A DNA stretch of 64,000 nt from Leucoraja erinacea. Taxonomy: Eukaryota. The stretch covers positions 3,038,001 through 3,102,000 of the forward strand of contig NC_073399.1 in NCBI RefSeq assembly GCF_028641065.1, written 5' to 3'. The notes below the pieces were generated by a model. The model saw only the letters and a list, made by a program, of their open reading frames with translations, did no database searches and was not told the origin of the DNA. This document shows, piece by piece, positions 49,506 to 61,433 of this stretch (position 1 is the stretch's first letter; each line of letters starts with the position of its first letter). The translations under genes and the position numbers were made by a program.

Positions 49506-50292
49506 TAAAAGTAAACTGAAAGATGTTGGAACCTTAAGCAAAAAAAAACAAAGAGCTGGAGGAACTCGACGGGTCGGGCAGCATCTGTACAGGGAAATGA
49601 AGAGGCGACGTTTCAGGGAGGCAACCTTCCTCATGCTGACGTGGATGGTCTCCAAATTCTGACTCCGATCAACAAATGGTCAAAACTAGCTGAGATGATC
49701 TGAACTGCGGTCCCTGGGAGGGACTCGACTGTGCAAGCAGGTTAAAGGGAGTTGGGGAGTAGGAGCCTTTATAGACTCCAGTATAAAGTTAAAAAAACGT
49801 AAGGATTACAGGATATAAGTGTGGAGGGGTTGTGGAATAAAATGAAAAACCAGAGCAGCGGCTAATGAATCATAAAACATGTAAAATGATTCATGATCTC
49901 AACGTCCTGGACACAGAGCTAAATCTGCATTGCCAGCTAAATTACTGCCAATGCTGGCTCTCGCTGTAGAAAATGCTTCATAAGCAGATTGTGCAACTTA
50001 CCATCAGCTCATTTCCAGATGTTGATTTATAATTACAGCATTGCATGTTTTATAGCATGAGGTCATAAATCATTGAGCACAGTCTGTGTCGGGTGGCACA
50101 ATGGTGTAGAGAGGTGAGATCCCGCCTCACAGTGGTCTAAGTTCCATCCCGACCCCCTGAAGTGCCTGGGGAGAAGTTGTACAATCTCCTTGTGACCTGG
50201 CGGGCTTCCTCCCTTATTCCAAAAACATGCGGGTTGGCAGGTTAGCTGTCCACCTCAAATTCCCCATAGATTGTGGGTGAGTGGTGGAACTC

Positions 50293-50512
50293 ATAGAATC
50301 ATCGAGTGATACAGTGTGGAAACAGGCCCTTCGGCCCAACTTGCCCACACTGGCCAACATGTACCAGCTACACTAGTCCCACCTGCCCGCGGTTAGTCCA
50401 TATCCCTCCAAACCTGTCCAATCCATGTGCCTGTCTAACTGTTTCTGAAACGTTGGGATAGTCCCTGCCTCAACTACCTCCTCCGGCAGCACGTTCCATA
50501 CACCCACCTCCT
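50293..50512 (-). mobile_element. CR1 3' tail (same subfamily as 701-1072)
   Basis: Approximate reverse complement of 860-1070. Confidence 0.88.
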
Positions 50513-50729
50513 TGAGGGAAATGTTGGGAGAAGAGGTCAGTGGTCTACATGTGTATTACAGGTCCACCACCGATTTTCCGGCAACTGATAGTCCAGCACC
50601 TCCCTTAATCCGGACAAAATTACAAAATGGCATTTGAAATTCCCAGGGTGGCCACATACGGCGCTGCGCGTGATGCCGTTATTTTGGGACTTGCACCTCC
50701 GTCCCGACAGAGATATTTGTTTACAGCAG

Positions 50730-50940
50730 TTTAAGAAAGAACTGCAGATGCTGGAAAAATCGAAGGTAGTCAAAAATGCTGGAGAAACTCAGCGGGCGAG
50801 GCAGCATCTATGGAGCGAAGGAATAGGTGATGTTTCGGGACGAGAAGTCTGAAGAAGGGTCTCGACCCGAAAAGTCACCTATTCCTTCACTGCATAGATG
50901 CTGCCTCACCTGCTGAGTTTCTCCAGCATTTTTGGTTACC
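50730..50940. mobile_element. PLE fold-back element with 14-bp TSD and a near-intact hammerhead motif
   Basis: tttgtttacagcag at 50716-50729 and 50941-50954; ctgaagaagggtctcgacccgaaaagtc at 50849-50876. Confidence 0.9.
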
Positions 50941-51156
50941 TTTGTTTACAGCAGGAGTTGTTGCTGGGGATCCTTTGGTTTTGTCGAATTCTTGGCTTAT
51001 TTTGCTTACATTTAATCCTAGCAGTGGCTTCTAGGTAAGGTCCAGGTGACAGTCGCAGTGTTAAACCTAAGCACATTTAATTTAGATTCAATATTTGTTT
51101 TATTTAAGTTTCTAGCAGTACATGGTGCTTTAGAGACACGGGAGAAGTATAATTAG

Positions 51157-51234
51157 ATGCTGCTGCACCCGCTGAGTTTCTCCAGCAATTTTGTGTACCT
51201 TCGATTTTCCAGCATCTGCAGTTCCTTCTTGAAT
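51157..51234 (+). mobile_element. 78-bp PLE tail insertion with 16-bp TSD
   Basis: ggagaagtataattag at 51141-51156 and ggaggagtataattag at 51235-51250. Confidence 0.82.
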
Positions 51235-51803
51235 GGAGGAGTATAATTAGTGGGTTAGAGGTCTGTTGTTGTTTCATTATTATGTGACCTCTGTTGGTCC
51301 AGCAAAATGGATAATGCAGCGAGACTCTGGAACCAAGTGTGCAGGAAAATAGGTGGTGGACATGTATATTAATAATCTGGTATGTTTCATAAAGGCCACT
51401 GCAAGATATTAAAATTGGGATCCACAGACTGCTTATTAACAATGCCATTAGAATATGGCAAATTTATATCCCATCATAGATGTGGAGATAGGGATTTATA
51501 AAGAAAGATTTGACAAAAGGAAATATTTAAAACTTAGCAGATTGCTTTAGCATTGTCATTATGGTATTAAACATTGAGATTTGAAAATTAATGTCGTTTT
51601 CGGGTTAAGCAGGGCTGGGAGAATTGAACCATCGCAAACAGATCTATTTCAATGCTATAAAATGTGAATATGTTTGTATACAGAAAGTGTAACCATTACA
51701 AGACAGTAAATAGCTGGATCAGTCCAAACATAGGAGTTGTGTATCTTGCATACATTATCAGTTTTGGCAAATTAGTTTGGGCAGCGACGGAGATACTGCC
51801 TTA

Positions 51804-52086
51804 AGGGCCTGTCCCACTTGGGCGACCCAAGCTGCGAGTTTAGAAGAGTTTGCCCTGTACGGAGGTTTTGTGTTCCCCCCCCATGACCTGCGTGAGTTGT
51901 CTCCAGGATACCAGGTTACCCCCCACACTCCAAAGACGTACGGAATTGTAGACTAATTTGCTTGGTTAAATTGTCACTGGTGTGTGTAGGATTGTGTAAA
52001 TGAGCGGGGATCAGTGGCTGGTGCGGACTCGGTGGGCTGAAGGGCCTGTTTCTGCGCTATATCTCTAAACTAAACTAAACTAAAAC
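51804..52086 (+). mobile_element. Left half of a Harbinger-like MITE joined to a 5'-truncated V-SINE (from ~51857)
   Basis: tta|agggcctgtcccacttg, then V core and (ctaaa)n tail. Confidence 0.75.
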
Positions 52087-52227
52087 AAAGCAAGTGAATG
52101 CAAAGAACAAGTTGGACAAACCTCTCCACATTTATCTTTTGCCTGGATATATGCAGCCTTGTGTTTCTGTGTTTAGCTGAAAAGCTCCATGGAAACTTCA
52201 AATTCCTCCTGTTTCTGTAACGGTGGT

Positions 52228-52508
52228 TTAATTTAGAGATGCAGCTCGGAAACAGGCCCTTCGGCCCACAGAGTCCGCGCAGACCAGCGATCCCTGCACA
52301 TTAACACGATCCTACACACACTTGGGACAATTTACATGTACAGAAAGCCAATAAACCTGTATGTCTTTGGAGTGTGGGTGGAAAGGGAAGATATCAGAGA
52401 AAACCATGCAGGTCACGGGGAGAACGTACAAACTCCATACAGACCGCAGCCATAGGTGGGATCGAACCCGGATCTCTGGCGCCTCTACCACTGAGCCACC
52501 GTGACGCC
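52228..52508 (-). mobile_element. HE1-like V-SINE
   Basis: Reverse-complement tail, V core and B box (ggatcgaacc). Confidence 0.9.
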
Positions 52509-53931
52509 AAACCTTGCTGTAATTGACGTTGCCAGAAATATTCATAGAGTGAGGTGAGGAGGAATGCATCCATGTATTTTATCATATTTGAAATGAGTTC
52601 AATCAAGTTTGGCTACTTCCTGCTGACAGCTGCTTTCAATGCCACAGACATATATTTCACATGCATAGTTCACCTTCTCAGCCCTGACGTTCATCAGTTA
52701 CTCCAGCGCTTTATGCCCCGCTGCATGACCACAAATAATGACATAATGCAACTGTGATTAAGCTTTGCATCAAGAGCTCATGTTCGATAGTACGAGCATC
52801 TTTTTCCTCCACGAAAGCTGCTATCTTTACGCTGCTTGTTCCACTATTGAAACCGTATGGTGAAATTTCTTTTTCCAAGCATTGTCTGACAATGCATTCA
52901 ATGTGAAAGCCAGCTTGGAGTCAGAGCTGGGTTAATTCCAAGTTATTTAAGAACTTTGGGAATTGGGTTCTTGACCTCATCATGGGCCAATGGAAATAAT
53001 TAGACTGACTGATTCACCATTTCTATGAAAGTACCCATATGATTCTGTCCTTCCAGTGACTATTATTGCTTGTTGCCTCATCGTCGTGCTCTTGTCATCA
53101 AATGGAGGTTTAGAAGAAGCACAGAGTTTGATTTTCGTTGGTTTCTAATGTCAAACAACTTGGGCTGTAACTGTGCTGTCAGCTCCGTTCAGCAAACTCT
53201 GGCAAGGTGCAGGTAGATGCTGATGACAAGGGAGTTATAGGTTCAGTAACTTATTGCTTTGGAAGTCAAAACGGTGCTGATTTCATCGGCAAGTGTAAGG
53301 CAGATTTAGTGTAAACTGGAATGTTTTAGAAGACGATACCATCTGATCTCACCCCTTGCAACTTTTTATTTTTGCAATTCAGCTCGAGGCTCTTTGAGGG
53401 TTTGTGGGTCGGAGAGACGCAAACAGACTGTAAAACAAAATGTAATAGATGTTGAGAAGGCTGCCAGCCAAAGGAAATGAATAGTGTACCCGAGGCTCAC
53501 AGATTTAAATCCTTTGGCTGTCTGCTATGTGAACTTAGACGTGAATTTATTTTGAATAAGTGTGAATTATTCCAAACCAGACCATGATAAGAAACAGAAA
53601 CAGAATGACATTTTTTGCATTCCATCCTGTAGTGGAATAGTGGAAAGGAAAATGATTACTGACTTTGACGCTCTGATTTGAGGTGCTGATTGTTAGAGTA
53701 CAGCTTCAGGGCTAATATCAGATGCCAATAATAGGCAGAGTCGGAGATTGATGGGATCTGTGCACTTGCAAGAAATATGTAGAGGGACCAGTTAAATGTT
53801 CCATCAAATATATTGAATTAACCCATTCCCTGCCAAATCGCACTATGACAACCAGCCATACACACACCTTGCTGAGCATTCATTTGAAACCTACTATTTA
53901 CTGCAGGAAAGGCTTCCTTTTGTACCCTCGG

Positions 53932-54524
53932 GAGACAAGAATGCTGGAGAAACTCAGCGGGTGCAGCAGCATCTATGGAGCGAAGGAAATAGGCAACGTT
54001 TCGTCACGTTAACTGGATAGACACTGACATATTCGAAACACACACACACACACAAAAAACATTTGGAAAAAGTTCCAATGCTCTTTGCGAATGGGTAGTT
54101 ACATTCTTGTTTACCAAAAAAACAAAATAGTTGAAGGACGTGGAAACACAGTAGATCGATACACGGAACCCAAAGGAAATAGCAAACGTTTCGGGCCGAA
54201 ACCCAAAGGAAATAGGCAACGTTTCGGGTCGAAACCCAAAGGAAATAGGCAACGTTTCGGGCCGAAACCCAAAGGAAATAGGCAACGTTTCGGGCCGAAA
54301 CCCAAAGGAAATAGGCAACGTTTCGGGCCGAAAACCAAAGGAAATAGGCAACGTTTCGGGTCAAAATCCAAAGGAAATAGGCAACGTTTCGGGCCGAAAC
54401 CCTATGGGTTTCGGCCCAAAACGTTGCCTATTTCCTACGCTCCTTAGATGCTACTGCACCCGCTGAGTTTCTCCAGCACTTTTGTCTACCTTCGATTTTC
54501 CAGCATCTGCAGTTCCTTCTTAAA
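53932..54524. mobile_element. PLE fold-back element with an expanded centre
   Basis: Antisense arm 53932-54003, ~160-bp unrelated spacer, 33-bp array, sense arm 54406-54524. Confidence 0.85.
54169..54402 (+). repeat. 7 x 33-bp tandem array
   Basis: Unit cccaaaggaaataggcaacgtttcgggccgaaa, with no spacers. Confidence 0.96.
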
Positions 54525-54554
54525 TCCTTTCCACCCTCTCCCACCACCACCAGT

Positions 54555-55129
54555 GGCTGTTTAAGAGGATCGTGGCACGTGGGATTGAATTATGACTGTA
54601 CTGTGTTGGTGGGGAGATGAACACCCTGGACAATGTTGGACCGCGGGTGGAGAATAAAGGGACTGCATTCCATCACAGTGAGGAGGTGTTGGAGACTCAC
54701 TGTGGTGGATGTTTATGTAAACTGTGCTAAGTGTGGGTCTTGGGTTTTTTTGTAATGTAAAAAAAAACTGTACTAAATGTAATTTAGTTCCAACCTAGGT
54801 TTGAATGACAATAAATAGCATTCCATTCCATTCCATGTTAGAGACTTAATTTATTTTGGGGGCTGTATACCAAGCTTCTGGGGGCTTTGACTCTGACTTT
54901 GACTGTCTTTGACTCTGACATGGGGGGGAGAGTGGAGTGCAGGGGAGAGATATGTTTTTTTTTGCCTTCCTTCACAGCGAGGAGAAGATGCGCTGTGAAG
55001 GATGTTTGTGTAAGTTGTGTTGTGTCTTGGGTCTTTTTCGTATTGTATGTGTGACTGCAGAAACGACATTTCGTTTGGACCTCAACGGGGTCCAAACGAC
55101 AAATAAATTGTATTGTATTGTATTGTATT
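54555..55129 (+). mobile_element. Two adjacent 3' ends of the twin-hairpin tail family
   Basis: 54555-54835 ends (CATTC)n; 54856-55129 ends (TTGTA)n and is homologous to ~30040-30240. Confidence 0.7.
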
Positions 55130-55954
55130 CAGGAAGGACACCCTGGCTTTGATCACTGTGCTACTTGGAGTTGCTGAAGTTAGGGAGAATAAGCAAAGTG
55201 GCTGCCAAACAGCGTAGCTTCAAACAGCAGGTCATGTCCACAGGGGATCCACCTCCTTAATGCTCATGTAATAAGGAGAATTGCCTCGAGTGGCTCTGCT
55301 TGCCTGAGGACGTCACCTGAGAGATCTGCTCTACGACACACTTGTCAACACAGACCAAGGCCCAACATTCCCTGTTCATTTCTTTTTTTTTTTTCTTTTT
55401 TTTTGTATGGATTTATTGACATTTGATCTGTTCAATTAATTTAATCAATCTCTGTAAAGCACTTTGGTTCAAATACTGGTTTTGTTGAAAAGTGCTATAT
55501 AAATAAACATTATTATTATTATTATTATTAAGATAAAGGTACTACAGGCATTGAATTTCTTTGCCCAAGCACTTCACCATCTTGCATTGTCATTGCGTCT
55601 CTGGTAACTGCAGTATCGCTAGCAAGTTCAGAATATCGCACCAGAGTGCAGAATATGGTTTTACTGCTTTACAGCATTGCAGTTACAGTGGAAAAAAGTC
55701 CAGGTCCACAATGAGGTAGGTTGGAAGATCAGGACTACAATCTAGCTTGTGGGAGGACCGTTTAGTGGTCAGTGGAAAATAAGCTGTTCCTGTTTCTAAT
55801 GGTACATGCGTTCAAGCGTTTGTATCCTCTGCCCGTCTGGAGAGGAGAGAGGAAGGTCTGACCATGGTGGAACATGTCCTTGATAGCAGAATTCCCAGCA
55901 CAAATCCCTGCGGAACTCCACAGATCTTCAGCCAGAAGATCTACTTTCCACCAC

Positions 55955-56200
55955 AACCTCTGTCTTCTATGAATAAGCCAGTTCTAAATCCATACGATTC
56001 AAGCCGTCCTGAATCCCGTACATCTTAATCTTCTGGATCAGCCTACCATGAGAGACCTTATCAATAGGCCTCATGAAAATCCATGTATACAACATCCACC
56101 TCCATGCCTTCATCAATCTCCTTTGTCACCACCTCAAAAATCTCAATCAAGTTAGTGAGATATGGCCTGCCGTGTACAAAGCCATGCTGGCTATCCCTAA
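55955..56200 (-). pseudogene. CR1 RT remnant
   Basis: QHGFVHGRPYLTNLIEIFEVVTKEIDEGMEVDVVYMDF on the minus strand. Confidence 0.85.
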
Positions 56201-57596
56201 TTAGAGGAGTGGAAACTGATATTGTTTTGCCCATCATGTTGATGGGCTATGAAATGACTTGTGGCGCCATTTGTGGCCACAGAGAGCCTCTGCATCAACA
56301 GTTGGGTTAGATTATCACCGGCATGGTTCAACTGGTGTTTGACTCTTCATACAATGGGTTGTGAAAATACCAGCACCAAACTCAGCAAACGCACAATTAG
56401 ACATGATGGGCCTTTGAAGCCATGTGATTACATTTTAGCCGTTAGATTTTTCCCATGCAATCTTCAACGCTGAGCCTTGTCTAATTTCTCCCTTCTATGC
56501 TCAGCAACTTGGAAAATACGCAGTAGCTACTGCGTACTGAGGAAGATATCAAGTGACCAAACGTGAAGGAAGGGACTACAGGTGCTGGTTTATACTGAAT
56601 ATAGACACAAACTGCTGGAGCAACTGACTCAGTGGCTCACTCAGTGTTCCCTATCACCAGAGTCGCAGCCTGACCTGCTGAATTGCTCCAGCACTTTGTG
56701 TCTATCTTCAGATATTAACTAATATGCCTAAGGATTGAATAGTGCACAAACTGCAGGAAAAGCCAAACCACTGGTGGCCTTTAACTCACCCTGTTACCAC
56801 TGCTTATCACCTGGATTTCAGAAGCTCCAGAGCCTATGTATATTAAACAAGTATTAAAAAAATGGATTCATTTGGGTGCCCAAAATAATATTGCTATCTG
56901 AAAATCGGTCTCAACCTGAAACGTCACCCATTCCTTCTCTCCAGAGATGCTGCCTGTCCCACTGAGTTACTCCAGCATTTTGTGTCTATCTTCGCTGTTT
57001 TTAAGATCTTTTCTCAAGTTGAGAGGAGAACAAAGGTTCTCTCACCTTTGTTCAAATGTCTTCAAACTAAAAGCCCGTGGATCCTGGTACAGTCGGCTGG
57101 TGTGTGCAGCGCAATAAGCAAGCTGCCTCACTGTACGAGCAGTGCCACCTCTAACCTCAGAAGTATCTCTAGCGTTAGTCTGCTGCTGCTGCCTGGTATT
57201 GAAGCAGGAAACCATATATCTAGCACATGCTAAAATAAGATTCGCAGTCGGATATGTAAAATAAATTGTCACATTGATGGAAAGATATTACTGAAGGTTT
57301 CTTGTAAAGACCAGAATGATTCTTTATTTAGACTTGGCCACACCTCAATATTTCTCTGCTAGTTCCGAGAGCTAGCAGTAACCGTACAAAGTGAATTGAA
57401 AACTGGTTTCAAAACTTTCAGAGGAAATGACTGTGCGAAGTAATAATAGCATGTGGAATTCTGAAAACTTGCCCAAAATCTGTTGCTAATTAGTTCAAAG
57501 TAAACCTATTTTGTCAACATTCAATTTAATAAGGTGGTTGTCAGTATTCTCGTGCTTGATAAAAGTGCATAGTGCTAAGAGAATTAACTGGTATAT

Positions 57597-57818
57597 TGTG
57601 TGGGAAGGAACTGCAGATGCTGGCTTACACTGAAGATAGACACAAAATGCTGGAGTCACTCAGCGGGACAGGCAGCAACATCTCTGGATAGAAGGAATGG
57701 ATAAAGTTGTGGGTCTTTTTCAGAAGAAGGGTCTCGACCCGAAACGTCACCCATTCCTTCTATCCAGAGATGCTGCTGCCTGTCCCGCTGAGTGACTCCA
57801 GCATTTTGTGTCTATCTT
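57597..57818. mobile_element. PLE fold-back element
   Basis: Inverted arms; cagaagaagggtctcgacccgaaacgtc at 57721-57748. Confidence 0.87.
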
Positions 57819-59195
57819 AGCTGATAGCTGTTACTGTTACTGTTTGTCACAAGGCTGGGGTGCTTTAATAGTCATCCTACAGAAAGAAAGCCTCAGATGA
57901 AATAGTTTACCTGTAAAATGAACAGAATTGAAGATTAAATTGTCTATCCTAGTTTACCTACAATATTAATACATACGTGGATACATAACGGTGCCAAGCA
58001 GCGATCATAGGGTCATACAGCATGGAAACAGGCCCTTCAGCCCAACTTGCCCACACCACCAACATGACATCTGCCCAAGTCCCATCTGCCTGCATTTGGC
58101 CCATATCCCTCTAAGCTTGTCATATCCATGTACATGTGTAAAGGATCTCCATAAGAAACATGTCATACTCTCATACTCTCCTATGCTAGGGATTCCTTTG
58201 CTTTTCCCATCACTAGTTGGTCTATAGTAGACTTATAATTGGTCATATAGCAGGGAAACAGGCCCTTTGGCCCAACTGGTCCGTGCCAACCAAGATCTTT
58301 ATCTAGGACAGTCTCTCTTCCCCACATTAGCTCATATCCCTCTAAACCTTTCCGGCCCATGTATCTGTCCAGGAGCCTTTTAGTTTAGTTTGGTTTAGTT
58401 TAGACACACAGCACGGAAACAGGCCCTTCGGCCCACCGGGTCCACACTGACCAGCGATCCTTGCACATGAATCAATAATTAAAGAAAGCAAGTTGATGTG
58501 GGAAAAACAAATACAAATATTATCCCCAAAATCGTATTTAGAAATAGACCCATGAATTATTTTACAGCTATGTTTGGTGAACGTAGGCTGCAAGAGTAAT
58601 CAAAATGTTTAATCAGTCTGAAATGTTAACTCAATTCTTCTTTCCACAGATGTTACTAAGTAGTTCAGTATTCTGTGTGTTTATTGGTCACACATATTGA
58701 AGTCAGGGAAGAAATTAGTTCAGTTCTGTGAAGTTCAGATGATCATTATCTGCTTATCTATTAGCACCAACGTGTCATTTCTGATAACAAATGTCATAAA
58801 CAAATTTTATTTTAAAATTTGAATGACGTGATCTTGCCCTGAAGCTTCCATCAGGTCTCAATATTCTTTTCAGTGTAATTGGTTAAACCTGGTCATAACC
58901 AGCTATGCGTCCAAGATGGCTTCCAACCCAGGTGACTATTTGTGTGCTCGCCACAGAAACGGATCTACGCTCACATATTACAAATTCCACACTCTTAAAT
59001 CTCTAGTCCTACAGCAACACTTCAGGCTGTACCTTGCACTAAACGTTATTCACTTACCATGTCTCTATACATTGTCTCTGTACTGTACACTGACAATGAC
59101 AATAAATTGAATCATTTCATTTTTTTATCATTTGTAAATGGCTCGATTGTAATCATGTTTTGTCCTTCTGCTGGCTAGTTAGTACTGGTTAAAAG

Positions 59196-59591
59196 CAAAG
59201 ATCCTATAGCAAGCAAGATAGTCCACTCGATGAAAAAGACGTAGTGGGCAGATTCATGGGTCATTTTCGGCCCCATTTCCGTAACCGGCTTCCGTCTCCG
59301 CTCCGAAGATCCCGTAGGATAACTAGTGCGGAGACGGAAGCCGGTTACGGAAACATCCTCGTAAAAATAAAAGTTATCTGGGAAAAATCTTCTCCTCGTT
59401 TCAGAATTATAATTTATTAACATTTATTAACATGAACTTATTAACACAAGGCTGATTACACTGCGAGTCGGGTTGGGTCGGGTTACTGAAATGGATGAAC
59501 AAAAGGCCCACGTTCTGCTCCGTTGTGTAGTACATGCCAGCCCATTGCATTTAGAAGGAATGGTCTATCTTGCTCCGCAATAGGATCTTTG
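59196..59591. mobile_element. hAT-like MITE with an internal perfect hairpin
   Basis: TIRs caaagatcctatagc..agcaagatag / ctatcttgct..gcaataggatctttg; 8-bp TSD gttaaaag (59188-95, 59592-99). Confidence 0.85.
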
Positions 59592-59946
59592 GTTAAAAGC
59601 TTTTCACTGTACACGTGACAATAAACTAAATTGAACTGAATATCTTGGAAATTCAAATTCAAATTGCATACAAGTTAAATTTCCACGATTTTTTTTTTTC
59701 AAGGCCAAACCTGGCTGTGTCCACCTGATGAGTTGCCCGTGCATTAATCACTATTTACCACAGCAGATTTATGTCAACTGAGGTTTTTTTTAATTTTTGG
59801 TTTATGGATATTGACATTTTAAGCCAAGCCTCTATTGGCCCTCACCTAATTGCTCTTGAGAGCGCCATGGTGAGCTGCCTTCACTAATGGCCAGCATTTA
59901 AATGGAAGGATCTTTGAAGGTTTTTCTATGGTATGGAAACTTATTA

Positions 59947-60253
59947 TAGAAACATAGAAACATAGAAATTAGGTGCAGGAGTAGGCCATTCGGCCCTTCG
60001 AGCCTGCACCGCCATTCAATATGATCATGGCTGATCATCCAACTCAGTATCCCGTACCTGCCTTCTCTCCATACCCCCTGATCCCTTTAGCCACAAGGGC
60101 CACATCTAACTCCCTCTTAAATTTAGCCAATGAACTGGCCTCAACTACCCTCTGTGGCAGAGAGTTCCAGAGATTCACCACTCTCTGTGTGAAAAAAGTT
60201 CTTCTCATCTCCGTTTTAAAGGATTTCCCCCTTATCCTTAAGCTATGACCCCT
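59947..60253 (-). mobile_element. Young CR1 3' end
   Basis: (CATAGAAA)n plus the reverse-complement CR1 tail. Confidence 0.96.
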
Positions 60254-60679
60254 TATCTATTTTATGTTATATCTATGATATAATATTATCTATTTTATGT
60301 AAAGCACTTTGGTGTCAATGCGAGTTGACTTAAAACGTGCTATATAAATAAAACTTACTTACTACTTACTTACTAGTGGCCGTGTAGGTGGATAATATGG
60401 TTAAGAAGACACGTGGGATACTTGGCTTCATTAGCTGTGACATTTAAAACAAGACCAGGGACATTGTTGAACTAACCTCAGACCCGCTGGACTACTGTGT
60501 ACAGCTTTGGTCATTATGCTATTAGAAAGATGTGATTGCTCTGGAGAGGATGCTGAGGAGTATCGCCAGGATGCTGCCTGGAAAGGAGCATTTTAGATAT
60601 GAAACAGATGTAAAGCCAGGGGCATGAGCCTACGATGCTATGACTATGATTCTATGACTCTGACTTGAAGTATATTGCA

Positions 60680-60775
60680 AGTAGACAAAAAATGCTGGAG
60701 AAACTCAGCGGGTGAGGCAGCATCTACGGAGAAAAGGAGGAGTCGATGTTTCGGGTCGAGACCCTTCTTCTGACT
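60680..60775 (-). mobile_element. Single-arm PLE insertion bounded by the hammerhead motif, 11-bp TSD
   Basis: agtatattgca at 60669-79 and agtgtattgca at 60776-86; same span as 32023-32118, opposite strand. Confidence 0.8.
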
Positions 60776-60852
60776 AGTGTATTGCATGTATTTTCTGATA
60801 TCATTTCAAAATGTGTCTCCTGCTCTAATTATTATTATAATATTGTAACTTG

Positions 60853-60980
60853 AGTCTGAAGAAGGGTTTCGACCCGAAAAGTTGCCTATTTCCTTCGCTC
60901 CATAGATGCTGCCTCATCCGCTGAGTTTCTCCAGCATTTTTGTCTACCTTCGATTTTCCAGCTTCTGCAGTTCCTTCTCA
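60853..60980 (+). mobile_element. Single-arm PLE fragment starting at the hammerhead motif
   Basis: agtctgaagaagggtttcgacccgaaaagttgcc...ctgcagttccttc. Confidence 0.85.
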
Positions 60981-61433
60981 AAAGTAAGAAATTAACTTGC
61001 CTGAATGCAGAAATATAGACATGAATTGGCAGCCTTAATGATAATGTGCTTTTATTTAAGCAGCACTGCTTAGTAGTTTTAAATTGTTGCAATTTGTTTC
61101 GATGTGTACTCAAGAACCTTATAGATTCAGTCTGTCTGAATAACAAAGAGAAGGCAGGGAGATGGTGTATCAAATGATCTGTGGAACACAATGGGCCCTT
61201 TATGGTCAAAGACAATTGCACACTGATCATAGATGTGAACAGTACGGATTGAAAAAAACATTATTATGTAAATTGATATCTAAAATGTTGCTTCTCTATC
61301 AAGATTAAACAGAGACTGCTCAGTTTTATTTAAACATTTGCCTTTAAATGCACCATCTTCGACAGTCTATAACAGTGTAAATTGCATATTAAAGTGATGA
61401 ACTAATGCACACGTATGATAGTCACAGTATGAT

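Larger units (their letters stand above)
50559..51364. mobile_element. Tc1/mariner-type (pogo/Tigger-like) non-autonomous DNA transposon
   Basis: 21-bp TIRs caggtccaccaccgattttcc / ggaaaataggtggtggacatg (2 mismatches); TA on both sides; hosts two PLE insertions. Confidence 0.75.

Noticed and set aside
54169-54402. 33-bp partly palindromic repeats resembling a CRISPR array
   Set aside because: The units are head-to-tail with no unique spacers, there are no cas genes, the context is eukaryotic, and the unit derives from the PLE repeat.
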